DNA of 58,253 nucleotides from an uncultured Bacilli bacterium (GCA_947631655.1 CANRME010000001.1:1-58253), one strand, 5' to 3'; positions 43,754-53,282 are shown, counted from the stretch's first letter. Notes: generated from the letters alone by a model not told the origin. A program made the numbers and translations.

Positions 43754-45526
43754 TTAAGCTGCTGTTAAGACTGAACGGAATGAGTAAGAATGAAATGCAC
43801 CATAGCCGCCGCTACCGAAGGCAAATATACCAGCTCCACTATTTAGGTTGTACATACCTCCACGAAGGAACCAACTTACACGAGGCTCAGGTAGTACCAA
43901 ATGGTCTGCATTCCACACACCATTGCCTTTGCCATATTTTTCTAAAATTTCTTTTGTTGCATCGCCAAAATGGGTTTTTTCTTGAACCAACCTATTATCG
44001 TTATAAGTATATAAATCATAATATTTATAATCTAATAAAGAATCTTCTTGACTTGGCGTAGATGTAATAAATCCGCCATCTGCTTCTTGATATAATCCTA
44101 TCGTGTCTTCTCCACCCATTAATCCCATTACATATTCCCATGTTCCACCTGACGTATCATATATGCCATACATATTTCCTGTGGTACTGGCTTTTACGCC
44201 ATTTTCATTCCATCTTCTTCCGGCAGGACAAATAGCTGGAGACTCTTGATTATTTGTATTCCACTCTACTTCATCATTTACATTTGTCCCTACACAGCCG
44301 GTTACTGTCCCTCCATACTGATAAGTTCCTTCTGTTCCTGGTCCTTGAGCGGTATTATTTTTCCATACTTCACATTCTTCAAAATTCATATCACCAATAT
44401 TACAAGTATTCTCATCTTTATATATACCATATACACTTTGCGTTAAGTATGCCATGGCTCCCCATTCCATGTTTTTCATCATATGGGTATCTACTTCACC
44501 ATGTTTTAAATTATATTTATTTCCTTCATCAGTTAACTTTTGTTCTGCATTAAATGCCATGAATACAGTATTGTTAACCACACTTGTTTTATTTGGTAGT
44601 ATTGTTATTTCACCTATTTTATTTACATTGAATCCAATTACATCTTTTGCATCACTTGGTTCAAATTTTCCTACCCATATGCCTTTTAATTCTGTTTCTC
44701 CAAAGGTAAATGCGGGATGGGTATACCATTTACCAATTTCTATTCCTGGACAATTTTCCGTTACTGTTCCTGCACTAATTTCATATGTACACTTGAAATC
44801 TCCAGTTGATTCATCATCTTTCTCAAATGCTATTTCGATTATTTGTTTTGGAGTATCAGTAGTTCCTAAACTAAATATTTTGTATTTATATCGTGGTATC
44901 CACACATACATTTGAAGGATTTCTTCCATTGGGATTTTCTTACCTACTATCTCTGGATTTATATTATTGTTTTCATCAAAATATTTTGCTGTTACTCCTT
45001 CTTTGGTATTATCTACTAATACTGCATTTCCCCATCTATGGTCTTGATAGTTATACCAATCACTATCTACATCTGCTACATATACATTTCCTGCTTCATC
45101 ATATGTTACTGGTATCATACCTTGATATAGTTCTGGTGGGTTTGGTAAGTTTCCTGTTATAAAGTATACATTACATTTATCTTGTTTCGTTATTTTTAAA
45201 GAGAGTTCCCATTTCGTATTATCAAATACTCCACTACTTCCATTTTCACATGTTATATGCGAAAATATTTTTCCACTTTCTTTATCTGGAAAAGTTTCTG
45301 ATGTGGTATCTTTTTCTCCATCTACATACAAAGATATTTGAATATCTTTACTATAGAATTTATCTACCGTAGTATATATAATTCTTTTATTATATTTTAT
45401 TTGATATAAAGCATAACTACTTCCTATGGCTATAACTAATAACAAAGCTATTACACCTAATATTATTTTATTTTTATTTCCTTTTTGAATTTTATTTAAT
45501 TCTTTTTCTGGATTAAATCTACGCAT
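43754..45526 (-). CDS. Signal-anchored surface protein, paralogue 2: shared N-terminus and stalk plus a large distinct head
   Basis: MRRFNPEKELNKIQKGNKNK, then a TM helix and a two-Cys stalk. The head ends WFLRGGMYNLNSGAGIFAF...SFRSVLTAA. AAGGAGTG precedes the ATG at 45526. Confidence 0.8.
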   Translation of the reverse strand: MRRFNPEKELNKIQKGNKNKIILGVIALLLVIAIGSSYALYQIKYNKRIIYTTVDKFYSKDIQISLYVDGEKDTTSETFPDKESGKIFSHITCENGSSGVFDNTKWELSLKITKQDKCNVYFITGNLPNPPELYQGMIPVTYDEAGNVYVADVDSDWYNYQDHRWGNAVLVDNTKEGVTAKYFDENNNINPEIVGKKIPMEEILQMYVWIPRYKYKIFSLGTTDTPKQIIEIAFEKDDESTGDFKCTYEISAGTVTENCPGIEIGKWYTHPAFTFGETELKGIWVGKFEPSDAKDVIGFNVNKIGEITILPNKTSVVNNTVFMAFNAEQKLTDEGNKYNLKHGEVDTHMMKNMEWGAMAYLTQSVYGIYKDENTCNIGDMNFEECEVWKNNTAQGPGTEGTYQYGGTVTGCVGTNVNDEVEWNTNNQESPAICPAGRRWNENGVKASTTGNMYGIYDTSGGTWEYVMGLMGGEDTIGLYQEADGGFITSTPSQEDSLLDYKYYDLYTYNDNRLVQEKTHFGDATKEILEKYGKGNGVWNADHLVLPEPRVSWFLRGGMYNLNSGAGIFAFGSGGYGAFHSYSFRSVLTAA

Positions 45527-45569
45527 ATATTTCACTCCTTTAAAGTTTACTCATATTATAATTTAGCCA

Positions 45570-45612
45570 ACATTTTGTTGGTATTGTTGTTTTTATTATA
45601 CCAACAAAATGT
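45570..45612. promoter_or_regulatory. Perfect 14 bp inverted repeat (acattttgttggta / taccaacaaaatgt) with a 15 bp spacer
   Basis: Arms at 45570-45583 and 45599-45612, between the divergent starts of paralogue 2 and its HTH gene. Confidence 0.5.
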
Positions 45613-45634
45613 ATGCTTTTCAAGAGGTGTTTTT

Positions 45635-45853
45635 ATGAGAATTATTGCGAATGATTATAGAGCAAATGAAGTATTTAAAATGATTAGAGAATATACAGGA
45701 AAAACTCAAGAAGAGTTTGGACACCAAATAAAAAGAAGTAAGACAGCTATTCAATATTATGAATATGGTCAAAGAAACTTTGACTTTGAATTACTTCTCG
45801 AGATATGTAAAAAGGAAAACCTAATTGTTAAAATAGAAAGTAAGAATAAATAA
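45635..45853 (+). CDS. Small HTH (XRE-like) regulator
   Basis: MIREYTGKTQEEFGHQIKRSKTAIQYYEYGQR. AGAGG precedes the ATG at 45635. Confidence 0.65.
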   Translation: MRIIANDYRANEVFKMIREYTGKTQEEFGHQIKRSKTAIQYYEYGQRNFDFELLLEICKKENLIVKIESKNK

Positions 45854-45943
45854 TTTCTTATGTAAAAATAATGTATAAAATATATATGTTTAAAAAATAT
45901 AGTTATTTCTAATGGTATAATTATACTAAGGAGGAATAGTAAT

Positions 45944-46177
45944 ATGAATGAATCTTTTTCACCAATACAAGAAATTAGTCAAATATATAATCCGTTAATT
46001 GCTAGTATTACTACAGCATATATAAATCGACCTGAAAATTTAAAACTTTTAAGTCAAGAAGAATTTATTTTATATTTTTGCGAGGAATATCAAAAAGTTA
46101 ATAACGCAGCATTGAAAGTTAGAGCAACGATGGATGTAAATGGAAATTATAGTTTAGATAATGGACCAAAAAGATAA
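45944..46177 (+). CDS. Hypothetical 77 aa protein
   Basis: AAGGAGG upstream. No family recognised. Confidence 0.45.
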   Translation: MNESFSPIQEISQIYNPLIASITTAYINRPENLKLLSQEEFILYFCEEYQKVNNAALKVRATMDVNGNYSLDNGPKR

Positions 46178-46205
46178 AAACTTCAGAAATCTGAAGTTTT
46201 ATTTT
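46177..46205. terminator. Bidirectional hairpin terminator
   Basis: Perfect 10 bp stem aaaacttcag/ctgaagtttt with loop aaat. It overlaps the gap stop codon. Confidence 0.65.
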
Positions 46206-47215
46206 GTCATTAAATATTTAGCAGTACGAAGCATTTGAGCAGTATACCCTACTTCGTTATCATACCATGCTACTACTTTAACCATTTGTTTACCATCTTT
46301 TTCAACAACATTAGTAAGAAGTAAATCTACTAACGCCCCACATTTTTTACCAATTATATCACTTGATACTATTGGATCATAGGTTGCTTTGATTGTTTCG
46401 TTTTGGTTATTTAAGAATAAGTTATTTATTTCTTCAACAGTAGTTGGTCTTTTTAGTTCTAGAGCTAAATCGACAACGGAACCATCACTTACAGGAACTC
46501 TAAATGCTCCTCCATCTAGGCAACCTTTTAAACTAGGTATTACACTTCCGATAGCAGAAGCTGCTCCAGTAGATGCTGGAATAATATTGGCTGCACAAGC
46601 TCTACCACGTCTTGCTTTAATCCCTTTTTTATGTGGAATATCTAAGGTTGCTTGGTCATTAGTATAAGCATGAATGGTGGTCATAAAGCCTTTTTCAATA
46701 CCGATATTTCTTTCTAAAATATCAAGTACGGGAGCTAGACAGTTAGTAGTACAAGAAGCTGCCGAAATAATAGTTTCGCTACCATCTAATATTTCATGGT
46801 TAACATTATAAACAATAGTCTTTAAATCGCCTTTTGCTGGGGCAGAAATAATAACTTTTTTAGCGCCCGCCATAATATGAGCCATGGCACTATCTTTGTC
46901 AGTAAAGTGACCAGTGCACTCTAATACAACATCTACTCCTAAATCACGCCAAGGTAATTTGCTTGGGTCTTGTTCCGCAAAAACTGGGATTTTTTTAATT
47001 CCTTTAATTACTAGGAAGTTATCTTCAAAAGTAATATCTTCTTCATGAAATGTACGGTGATTAGTATCATATTTTAATAAATATGCTAAAGTCTCCGCAT
47101 CTGTTAAATCATTAATTGCTACAACATCAAAATCTGTTGTGGTAATCATACTTCTAAAAGCTAACCTTCCTATTCTTCCAAATCCATTAATTGCTACTTT
47201 AATCATTTTTTTCAT
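46199..47215 (-). CDS. gap: Glyceraldehyde-3-phosphate dehydrogenase
   Basis: INGFGRIGR, ASCTTNCLAP, and WYDNE. Confidence 0.95.
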   Translation of the reverse strand: MKKMIKVAINGFGRIGRLAFRSMITTTDFDVVAINDLTDAETLAYLLKYDTNHRTFHEEDITFEDNFLVIKGIKKIPVFAEQDPSKLPWRDLGVDVVLECTGHFTDKDSAMAHIMAGAKKVIISAPAKGDLKTIVYNVNHEILDGSETIISAASCTTNCLAPVLDILERNIGIEKGFMTTIHAYTNDQATLDIPHKKGIKARRGRACAANIIPASTGAASAIGSVIPSLKGCLDGGAFRVPVSDGSVVDLALELKRPTTVEEINNLFLNNQNETIKATYDPIVSSDIIGKKCGALVDLLLTNVVEKDGKQMVKVVAWYDNEVGYTAQMLRTAKYLMTK

Positions 47216-47228
47216 TCCTTTCTTCTAT

Positions 47229-48869
47229 TTAATCAGTAAAATCACTTTTACCGATAAATTCTCTAATAATACTATCTCCACTAATATAATCACTGGCTAT
47301 GGGGAAGAAGTTATGTAAAAAATCTAATAATCTTTTAGCTTCTTCATAATAAGGTGATGATATGGTAACTGTGTATAATAGAGGTTCTGCAAATACTTTT
47401 AAGACTCCCAGTTCATAAGCAAGACTGGTATTAATTATCATATCGGCATTATTTAAGTAAGGGAAAATATATTTTTCTTCTCCTACTCTTACTTGTTGCC
47501 AGTTTTTAATAGTAGTGGCGACATCATACCCTCTAGTTCTTTCATCTCTAATTATCCTTCTAATAAGTCGTAAATCAACCGTAGATACATAATTTTGATA
47601 ATCAATATTTATAGGATAAAAAGGACTTAAATAAATTTTATATTTTAAATCATTTTCAATACCTGGAAGTAATGCATCATTTAAACAATGTAAGCCTTCC
47701 ATAATTATTATACCATTAGGTGGAAGTTTTAGAGGTTTGTTATTATATTCTTTTTTACCAGTAATAAAGTTAAACTCCGGTGGATTAATTTCTTCACCAG
47801 CTAATAATTTCTTTAAATCACTAGTTAGTAACTCCGTATCAATGGCTCTTATATTTTCATAATCTCTATTACCATTTTCATCTAATGGGGTATCTACTCT
47901 TTCTTTAAAATAATTATCAACACTTATAGTTAATGGCTTATAACCTTTAGCTAATAAGTTAAAAGCAATTCTTTTGGAAGTCGTAGTTTTACCAGAACTA
48001 GATGGTCCCGCTAGTAAAATAAATTTTGCTTCTTTCTTTAAAGCGTTATTAACTGCTTCATCAATATCATTACTATATTTTAATTCGCTTATTTTAACTA
48101 AACTTCCTACTTCTCCATTAGCAACCTTGGTATTTAAGTCTTTAACAAAAGGAATATCTAGATTCTTCGCCCAGTTTATTGATTCTTTATAACACTTAAT
48201 TATCTTTTTATAATGAATATAACTTGGGGTTCCATTACCATTTATATATGGCGGAAATAATAAAACTAATTCTTTATCATTTAACATTACTAAGTCATAA
48301 TTAGCAAGACTTTTAGTACTATGCGGCATCTCGGTATAATAATAATTTAAATAATTATCTAATTTATATAACGTTACCGCACTACTAGGAACAATACTAA
48401 TATTACACGCTTTAGCTAAGTCTTTTTTTTCAAAATAAGTAAAAGCACTTTTTTTATCAACAACAATTCTATTTATAGATAAATTATCTTTAATTATTTT
48501 ATCCATTTCTTCTTTTAAGTTAGTTATTACCTCATCAGTTATTTCAAAATTTTGAGAACTTATATGAATACCTCTATCAATAGAGTGGTCATATTTTATT
48601 AAAGCTTTAGGATACTTCCTTTGGAAGGCAAGGTCTAAAACCATTTTAAGACCAGCTTGATACATTTTATAGCCAGATATATCTTCTCTATTTAAGAAAG
48701 TTACTTGTCCTCCTTTATAAGCTTTAGAAGATAAAGGCATAATTTCATTGTCTATTTTAATACCTAAATAATTATTTTCTTTTAAAGTATCTTCTAATAA
48801 TTCATAATAAGTTTTAGTTATAGAAGTACTTATTTTTTCATTATTTGGTAATATTAAAAATTTCTCCAT
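47229..48869 (-). CDS. Uridine-kinase/PRK-family nucleoside kinase with a long N-terminal (TGS/ThrRS-like) extension
   Basis: P-loop LAGPSSSGKTTTSKRIA in the C-terminal half, within a 546 aa architecture. Confidence 0.7.
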   Translation of the reverse strand: MEKFLILPNNEKISTSITKTYYELLEDTLKENNYLGIKIDNEIMPLSSKAYKGGQVTFLNREDISGYKMYQAGLKMVLDLAFQRKYPKALIKYDHSIDRGIHISSQNFEITDEVITNLKEEMDKIIKDNLSINRIVVDKKSAFTYFEKKDLAKACNISIVPSSAVTLYKLDNYLNYYYTEMPHSTKSLANYDLVMLNDKELVLLFPPYINGNGTPSYIHYKKIIKCYKESINWAKNLDIPFVKDLNTKVANGEVGSLVKISELKYSNDIDEAVNNALKKEAKFILLAGPSSSGKTTTSKRIAFNLLAKGYKPLTISVDNYFKERVDTPLDENGNRDYENIRAIDTELLTSDLKKLLAGEEINPPEFNFITGKKEYNNKPLKLPPNGIIIMEGLHCLNDALLPGIENDLKYKIYLSPFYPINIDYQNYVSTVDLRLIRRIIRDERTRGYDVATTIKNWQQVRVGEEKYIFPYLNNADMIINTSLAYELGVLKVFAEPLLYTVTISSPYYEEAKRLLDFLHNFFPIASDYISGDSIIREFIGKSDFTD

Positions 48870-48993
48870 GTTATCACCTTTTTACTCTCCTATTATATAT
48901 TGTATCAAATAAATACTTTTTTGTCGCATTTTTTTGTAAATATTTTTGAATAAAATTGTTTTTTTACACTTATTATAGTATTAGGTGAAAAAG

Positions 48994-49563
48994 ATGAATA
49001 TTATTCCAACAGTAATAGAAAAATCTAGTAATAGAGAATATGCTTATGATTTGTATTCTAGATTATTAAATGATCGTATAATTTTTTTATCAGGAGAGAT
49101 AACGGATGATACAGCAAACATTGTGGTAAGTGAATTATTATATTTAGATGCCATAAACAACAGAGACATCTCTTTATATATCAATAGTCCAGGCGGAAGT
49201 ATTACAGCAGGGATGGCGATATATGACACCATGAATTATGTTAAGAGTAAGGTTAAGACGATAGTAGTAGGAATGGCAGCTTCGATGGCGGCGGTGATTG
49301 CTTGCTCGGGAGAAAAAGGTGGAAGATACATTCTACCTAATGGAGAAGTAATGATTCACCAACCTTTAGGAGGTGTTCAAGGTCAAGCAACCGAAATTAA
49401 AATTGTGGCCGAACGAATTATTAGTCTAAGAAAAAAACTCAACAATATTATTGCTGAGAAGACAGGTCAAAAATTAGAAAAAATTGAAGTAGATACGGAA
49501 CGTGATAATTACTTATCTAGTAAGGAAGCGCTAGATTATGGATTAGTTGATAAAATACTTTAA
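48994..49563 (+). CDS. clpP: ATP-dependent Clp protease proteolytic subunit
   Basis: [23 protein letters not shown] (Ser), and HQPLGG (His). Confidence 0.95.
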   Translation: MNIIPTVIEKSSNREYAYDLYSRLLNDRIIFLSGEITDDTANIVVSELLYLDAINNRDISLYINSPGGSITAGMAIYDTMNYVKSKVKTIVVGMAASMAAVIACSGEKGGRYILPNGEVMIHQPLGGVQGQATEIKIVAERIISLRKKLNNIIAEKTGQKLEKIEVDTERDNYLSSKEALDYGLVDKIL

Positions 49564-50489
49564 GAATTTTTATTTTGATGTTTATTAACTAAGTCTTTTA
49601 CTTTTCTAAAATAGTGATTAATTCCCGATTTACCTATAGGTTTCCCAGTTTCGGAAGAAATGATTTCAGCGAGTTCTTGCAAAGAACTTTCAGGATATTT
49701 TTCACGATAGTAGATAGCATCTTTAGTTTTATCATCTAATAAATTAATTAAGTCATGTTCTTTTAAATAATTAATATCATCTAATTGAGATAAGCCGGCT
49801 TTAATGACTTTCTCTTGATTAGCTATTTCACAATTATTTAAGCGATTTACCATATTTTTATGGTCACGATAAATTCTTATATCTTCAAAGAAGAATAAAC
49901 TATTAGTAGCTCCGAAAAGCTTTAACATATCACTAATCATTTCAGCACTTTTAATATATAAAACATAGTTATTTCCTCTTTTAATAACTTTACCAATAAT
50001 ATTAAATTCTTTTAAGATAGAATTAATATATAAAGCATCTTTTTTATGAGGAACACTAAATTCTAAATGATAACCACTAGTTTGAGGATTAGTAATACTA
50101 GCACTAGCTAAGAATACACCTTTTAAATAAGCTATTTTATCTTCTCTAGTTACTAAGAAAAATTCATTATTATCATTTACTTTATTATTGTGGATGATAT
50201 TTAAGGTTTCTAAAATATTTGAAATATTATGAGTTATTTCTAAAATATATATTTGTTTAATACGAAATCTTCTTTGATTTCTAACTATTATTTGAGCTTT
50301 AATACCAAAAACTATTTTAATAAGAGAATAGATTCTTCTAGCAACGCTAGCATTTTCTATTGTTAAAGTGATTTTGTCTTTAGTAATAATACCATCATAT
50401 TTAATAAAAGAAGATAATTCACTGGTAGCAGAGATAATATCAATATCTTGTTTACTTATTTCTTCTTTAACACTTGTTGTAAAAGTCAT
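49560..50489 (-). CDS. whiA: DNA-binding protein WhiA
   Basis: [20 protein letters not shown]-like halves ([12 protein letters not shown]), and a C-terminal HTH ([10 protein letters not shown]...[11 protein letters not shown]). Confidence 0.9.
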   Translation of the reverse strand: MTFTTSVKEEISKQDIDIISATSELSSFIKYDGIITKDKITLTIENASVARRIYSLIKIVFGIKAQIIVRNQRRFRIKQIYILEITHNISNILETLNIIHNNKVNDNNEFFLVTREDKIAYLKGVFLASASITNPQTSGYHLEFSVPHKKDALYINSILKEFNIIGKVIKRGNNYVLYIKSAEMISDMLKLFGATNSLFFFEDIRIYRDHKNMVNRLNNCEIANQEKVIKAGLSQLDDINYLKEHDLINLLDDKTKDAIYYREKYPESSLQELAEIISSETGKPIGKSGINHYFRKVKDLVNKHQNKNS

Positions 50490-50543
50490 AGTAACCACCT
50501 AATATTTATTATAACAAAAACTTAGGTATTATCACAAACTATT

Positions 50544-51866
50544 TTAATTAACATTTATAACATATGGATTATCATATGTTCCATCTCCGCTTGTTATTTT
50601 TGTATCATGAGTTAGATATAGAGTGGGATAAGCACCCGCTGTCCATTCTTTGATAGAATAACCTTGGCTTGCCCAACCAACATAATGACTATGAATACTT
50701 AAAACAGCATCAGGATACTTCGAATTCGGCATCATGAACCACAATCCATAGCCAGGTAACCAATCAGCTTCCCAGCAGTGGACAGAATTAAATGTTGGAT
50801 CAGCCCAACGATACAAAGTTAAATCTAAACATTGAGCTCTCATTTGTTCTCCTCCACCTACATTAAATCCAAAATCGCTTGGATACATTAAGCCAATAAA
50901 TCCATTCCAGGTTGGTTTATAACCTTCTAGAACCACTTCTCCTCTTTCATGTGTATAAAATTCCGCTGCAGTTATATCTGAAGTATGCCATCCTCCTATA
51001 TTCCATTTTATTTTTTCAATAATTTGTTGTGTAGTTTTTGTCAGGGGCTTATAATTTGTGTCCTTATAACTATCTATCCAACTGCCATCATCACCTTCTG
51101 TTAAATAATTATTATTTAAATATATTTGTAAACTTGCAGTCTCCCAGTTACTTATGTTGTTAATATCCCATTTTAAAATCCCAACACGATTTTCTCTTAT
51201 TATTTTAACTAAGTTTTGTTTTTCATATGTTGTTTCTCCCTCTTCAGAAACTGATACTACTTTTTCTATGTTTTTAAATGATCCAATGATTCTCCATCTT
51301 TCACATGTTTCTTCTGTTGGTTTACTGTAATCATCACAGTTAAACCAGATATAATTTGTGGGATTTGTTCCAATGTATCTGCCATTTTGATCGGGATCAT
51401 CAAAAGCTAAAATATTTGTAAATTTTTCTCCTTCTTCTAATAAACATTCAGACATTTCTTTTCCTTCACATGATTTCATATGAAACGGACTTTTTACAAA
51501 AAATACAGTACATTTATCTGGTCCTTTTATGCTAGCATTTAAATTCCAAGTATCGGTATCCCACCTATCATTTATTATATTACCATTTTCACATTCGATA
51601 TGGGAATATACATATCCTTCTTCTTTAGTAGGAAATTTATTTGTTGATTTTTCTTGGTCATCTAATTTAACTGATAAAATAATATCTTTACTAAAGAATG
51701 GTTCTACAGTAGTATAAATAATTCTTTTATTATATTTTATTTGATATAAAGCATAACTACTTCCTATGGCTACTATTAACAGTAATAAACCTACACCTAA
51801 TATTACTTTATTTTTATTTCCTTTTTGAATTTTATTTAACTCTTTTTCCGGATTAAACATTCTCAT
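50544..51866 (-). CDS. Signal-anchored surface protein, paralogue 3: shared N-terminus and stalk plus a third distinct head
   Basis: MRMFNPEKELNKIQKGNKNK, then a TM helix and a two-Cys stalk. The head ends WFMMPNS...AYPTLYLTHDTKITSGDGTYDNPYVI. RBS GAGAGGTG. Confidence 0.8.
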   Translation of the reverse strand: MRMFNPEKELNKIQKGNKNKVILGVGLLLLIVAIGSSYALYQIKYNKRIIYTTVEPFFSKDIILSVKLDDQEKSTNKFPTKEEGYVYSHIECENGNIINDRWDTDTWNLNASIKGPDKCTVFFVKSPFHMKSCEGKEMSECLLEEGEKFTNILAFDDPDQNGRYIGTNPTNYIWFNCDDYSKPTEETCERWRIIGSFKNIEKVVSVSEEGETTYEKQNLVKIIRENRVGILKWDINNISNWETASLQIYLNNNYLTEGDDGSWIDSYKDTNYKPLTKTTQQIIEKIKWNIGGWHTSDITAAEFYTHERGEVVLEGYKPTWNGFIGLMYPSDFGFNVGGGEQMRAQCLDLTLYRWADPTFNSVHCWEADWLPGYGLWFMMPNSKYPDAVLSIHSHYVGWASQGYSIKEWTAGAYPTLYLTHDTKITSGDGTYDNPYVINVN

Positions 51867-51920
51867 TACTTACACCTCTCATATAATAATAGTATAACAT
51901 TAATTTCATAAAATTACCAC

Positions 51921-51946
51921 TATATTTAGATATTTTTCTAAATATA
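51921..51946. promoter_or_regulatory. Perfect 10 bp inverted repeat tatatttaga / tctaaatata (6 bp spacer)
   Basis: Lies between the divergent starts of paralogue 3 and its XRE gene. A half-site-like tatttttagata recurs near 51966. Confidence 0.45.
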
Positions 51947-52004
51947 ATCAATAGTAAATGTTCTACTATTTTTAGATAATTATATATATAAAAGAGGTGG
52001 ATAC

Positions 52005-52277
52005 ATGATTACTGATAAAGAATTGGAGGAAATTTTTACAAGAATTTCTAAAAATATTAAATATTATCGTCGTTATAATAAATCGAAATATGCAGATGAA
52101 TACGGAAGAATTAGTCAAGAAAGACTAGCAGAACTTTGTGGAGTAAGTCAATCGCTAATAGCTAATATCGAAAGTGTTAAAGTAAAACAAACATTTTCTA
52201 TTACTGTAATAGCATCCATTGCTAAGGTTTTAGGTGTGCCTTTTGAAGAATTTTTTAAAGAACATGACTTTAATTAA
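52005..52277 (+). CDS. XRE-family HTH regulator
   Basis: ISQERLAELCGVSQSLIANIES...QTFSITVIASIAKVLGV, similar to the 33266 regulator. RBS AAGAGGTGG. Confidence 0.8.
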   Translation: MITDKELEEIFTRISKNIKYYRRYNKSKYADEYGRISQERLAELCGVSQSLIANIESVKVKQTFSITVIASIAKVLGVPFEEFFKEHDFN

Positions 52278-52289
52278 ACTTTTAAACCT

Positions 52290-53282
52290 TTAATATTTTT
52301 CTATTTCTTTTTCTAATTCTTCTTTACTTGGTAAATGAAGTAAATACTTAGAGGCATATATTTGTTTATTATTAGGTATAGTATACTGGACAACAGTTTT
52401 ATTCTTTTCTTTAGCTAGTAAGATACCTATTGTAGAATTATCAGTTTTTTCCTTTATGTTTTTATCATAATAATTTACATACATATTTATTTGTCCGATA
52501 TCTTTATGGTTTACCTTGCCTATTTTTAATTCTAATATAACAAAACATTTTAAGATATGATTATAAAAAACTAAATCCGGCGCATAAAAATTATTATCAA
52601 TCTTTATTTTTTCTTCTTTACCAATAAAAGCAAACCCTTTTCCTAATTCTAATAAGAATTCTTTTAAATGAGCAAGTATTTCATTTTCTAAATCTTTCTC
52701 TTTATAATTATTATTTAAATTTAGAAATTCTAAAACATAAGGATCTTTTATTAAATCTCTACTAGTATTTATAACATTACCTTGTATTGGTAATAATTTA
52801 TTATCTTCATTAGATACTAATAATCTTTCATATAAATGCGACTTAATCATTCTTCCTAGTTCTCTATAACCCCATCTACTATTAATACATTCTTGCATAT
52901 AAAAGTTTCTTATTGGTTCTTCCTTTACTTTTAAGAGTTCTAGATAATGGCTCCAGCTCAATTCTGCAGGCATTGCTTGCAGAATTGGATAATATAGATA
53001 AAATTTTCGCATATTCCATAAATTCCGAGATGAAAAATTTTTCCCATATTCATTTGTTAATTTATTTGCAATATTATCAATTGACTTATTACCATATTTA
53101 GCTCGTTTCTCCCCTTTTTGAAAATTATTAACGATGTTTTCACCAATATGCCAGTAAAGATTAACTAATTCAACATTAGCAAAGCTAAGTACTCTTTTCC
53201 TACTATTTTCAATTAACTCTTTAATATCATTATACATTTTTTCTTCTAGTTCTTTTTCATTAAATGTTTTTACTTTTTCCAT
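52290..53282 (-). CDS. YhcG/DUF1016-family PDDEXK nuclease-fold protein
   Basis: LVNLYWHIGENIV, LSWSHYLELLKV, DPYVLEFLNL, FLLELGKGFAFIG, PDLVFYN...ELKIGK. Confidence 0.85.
   Translation of the reverse strand: MEKVKTFNEKELEEKMYNDIKELIENSRKRVLSFANVELVNLYWHIGENIVNNFQKGEKRAKYGNKSIDNIANKLTNEYGKNFSSRNLWNMRKFYLYYPILQAMPAELSWSHYLELLKVKEEPIRNFYMQECINSRWGYRELGRMIKSHLYERLLVSNEDNKLLPIQGNVINTSRDLIKDPYVLEFLNLNNNYKEKDLENEILAHLKEFLLELGKGFAFIGKEEKIKIDNNFYAPDLVFYNHILKCFVILELKIGKVNHKDIGQINMYVNYYDKNIKEKTDNSTIGILLAKEKNKTVVQYTIPNNKQIYASKYLLHLPSKEELEKEIEKY

Noticed and set aside
43780-45162. Five plus-strand ORFs of 62-153 aa (43780-44061, 44246-44446, 44254-44553, 44454-44915, 44893-45162), stacked antisense to surface-protein paralogue 2
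   Set aside because: All lie entirely inside a long minus-strand CDS with a clear RBS, a conserved N-terminus and paralogues. Their translations are low-complexity (L/H/Y/S-rich), have no RBS, and overlap one another in different frames. They are shadow ORFs caused by the codon composition of the real gene.
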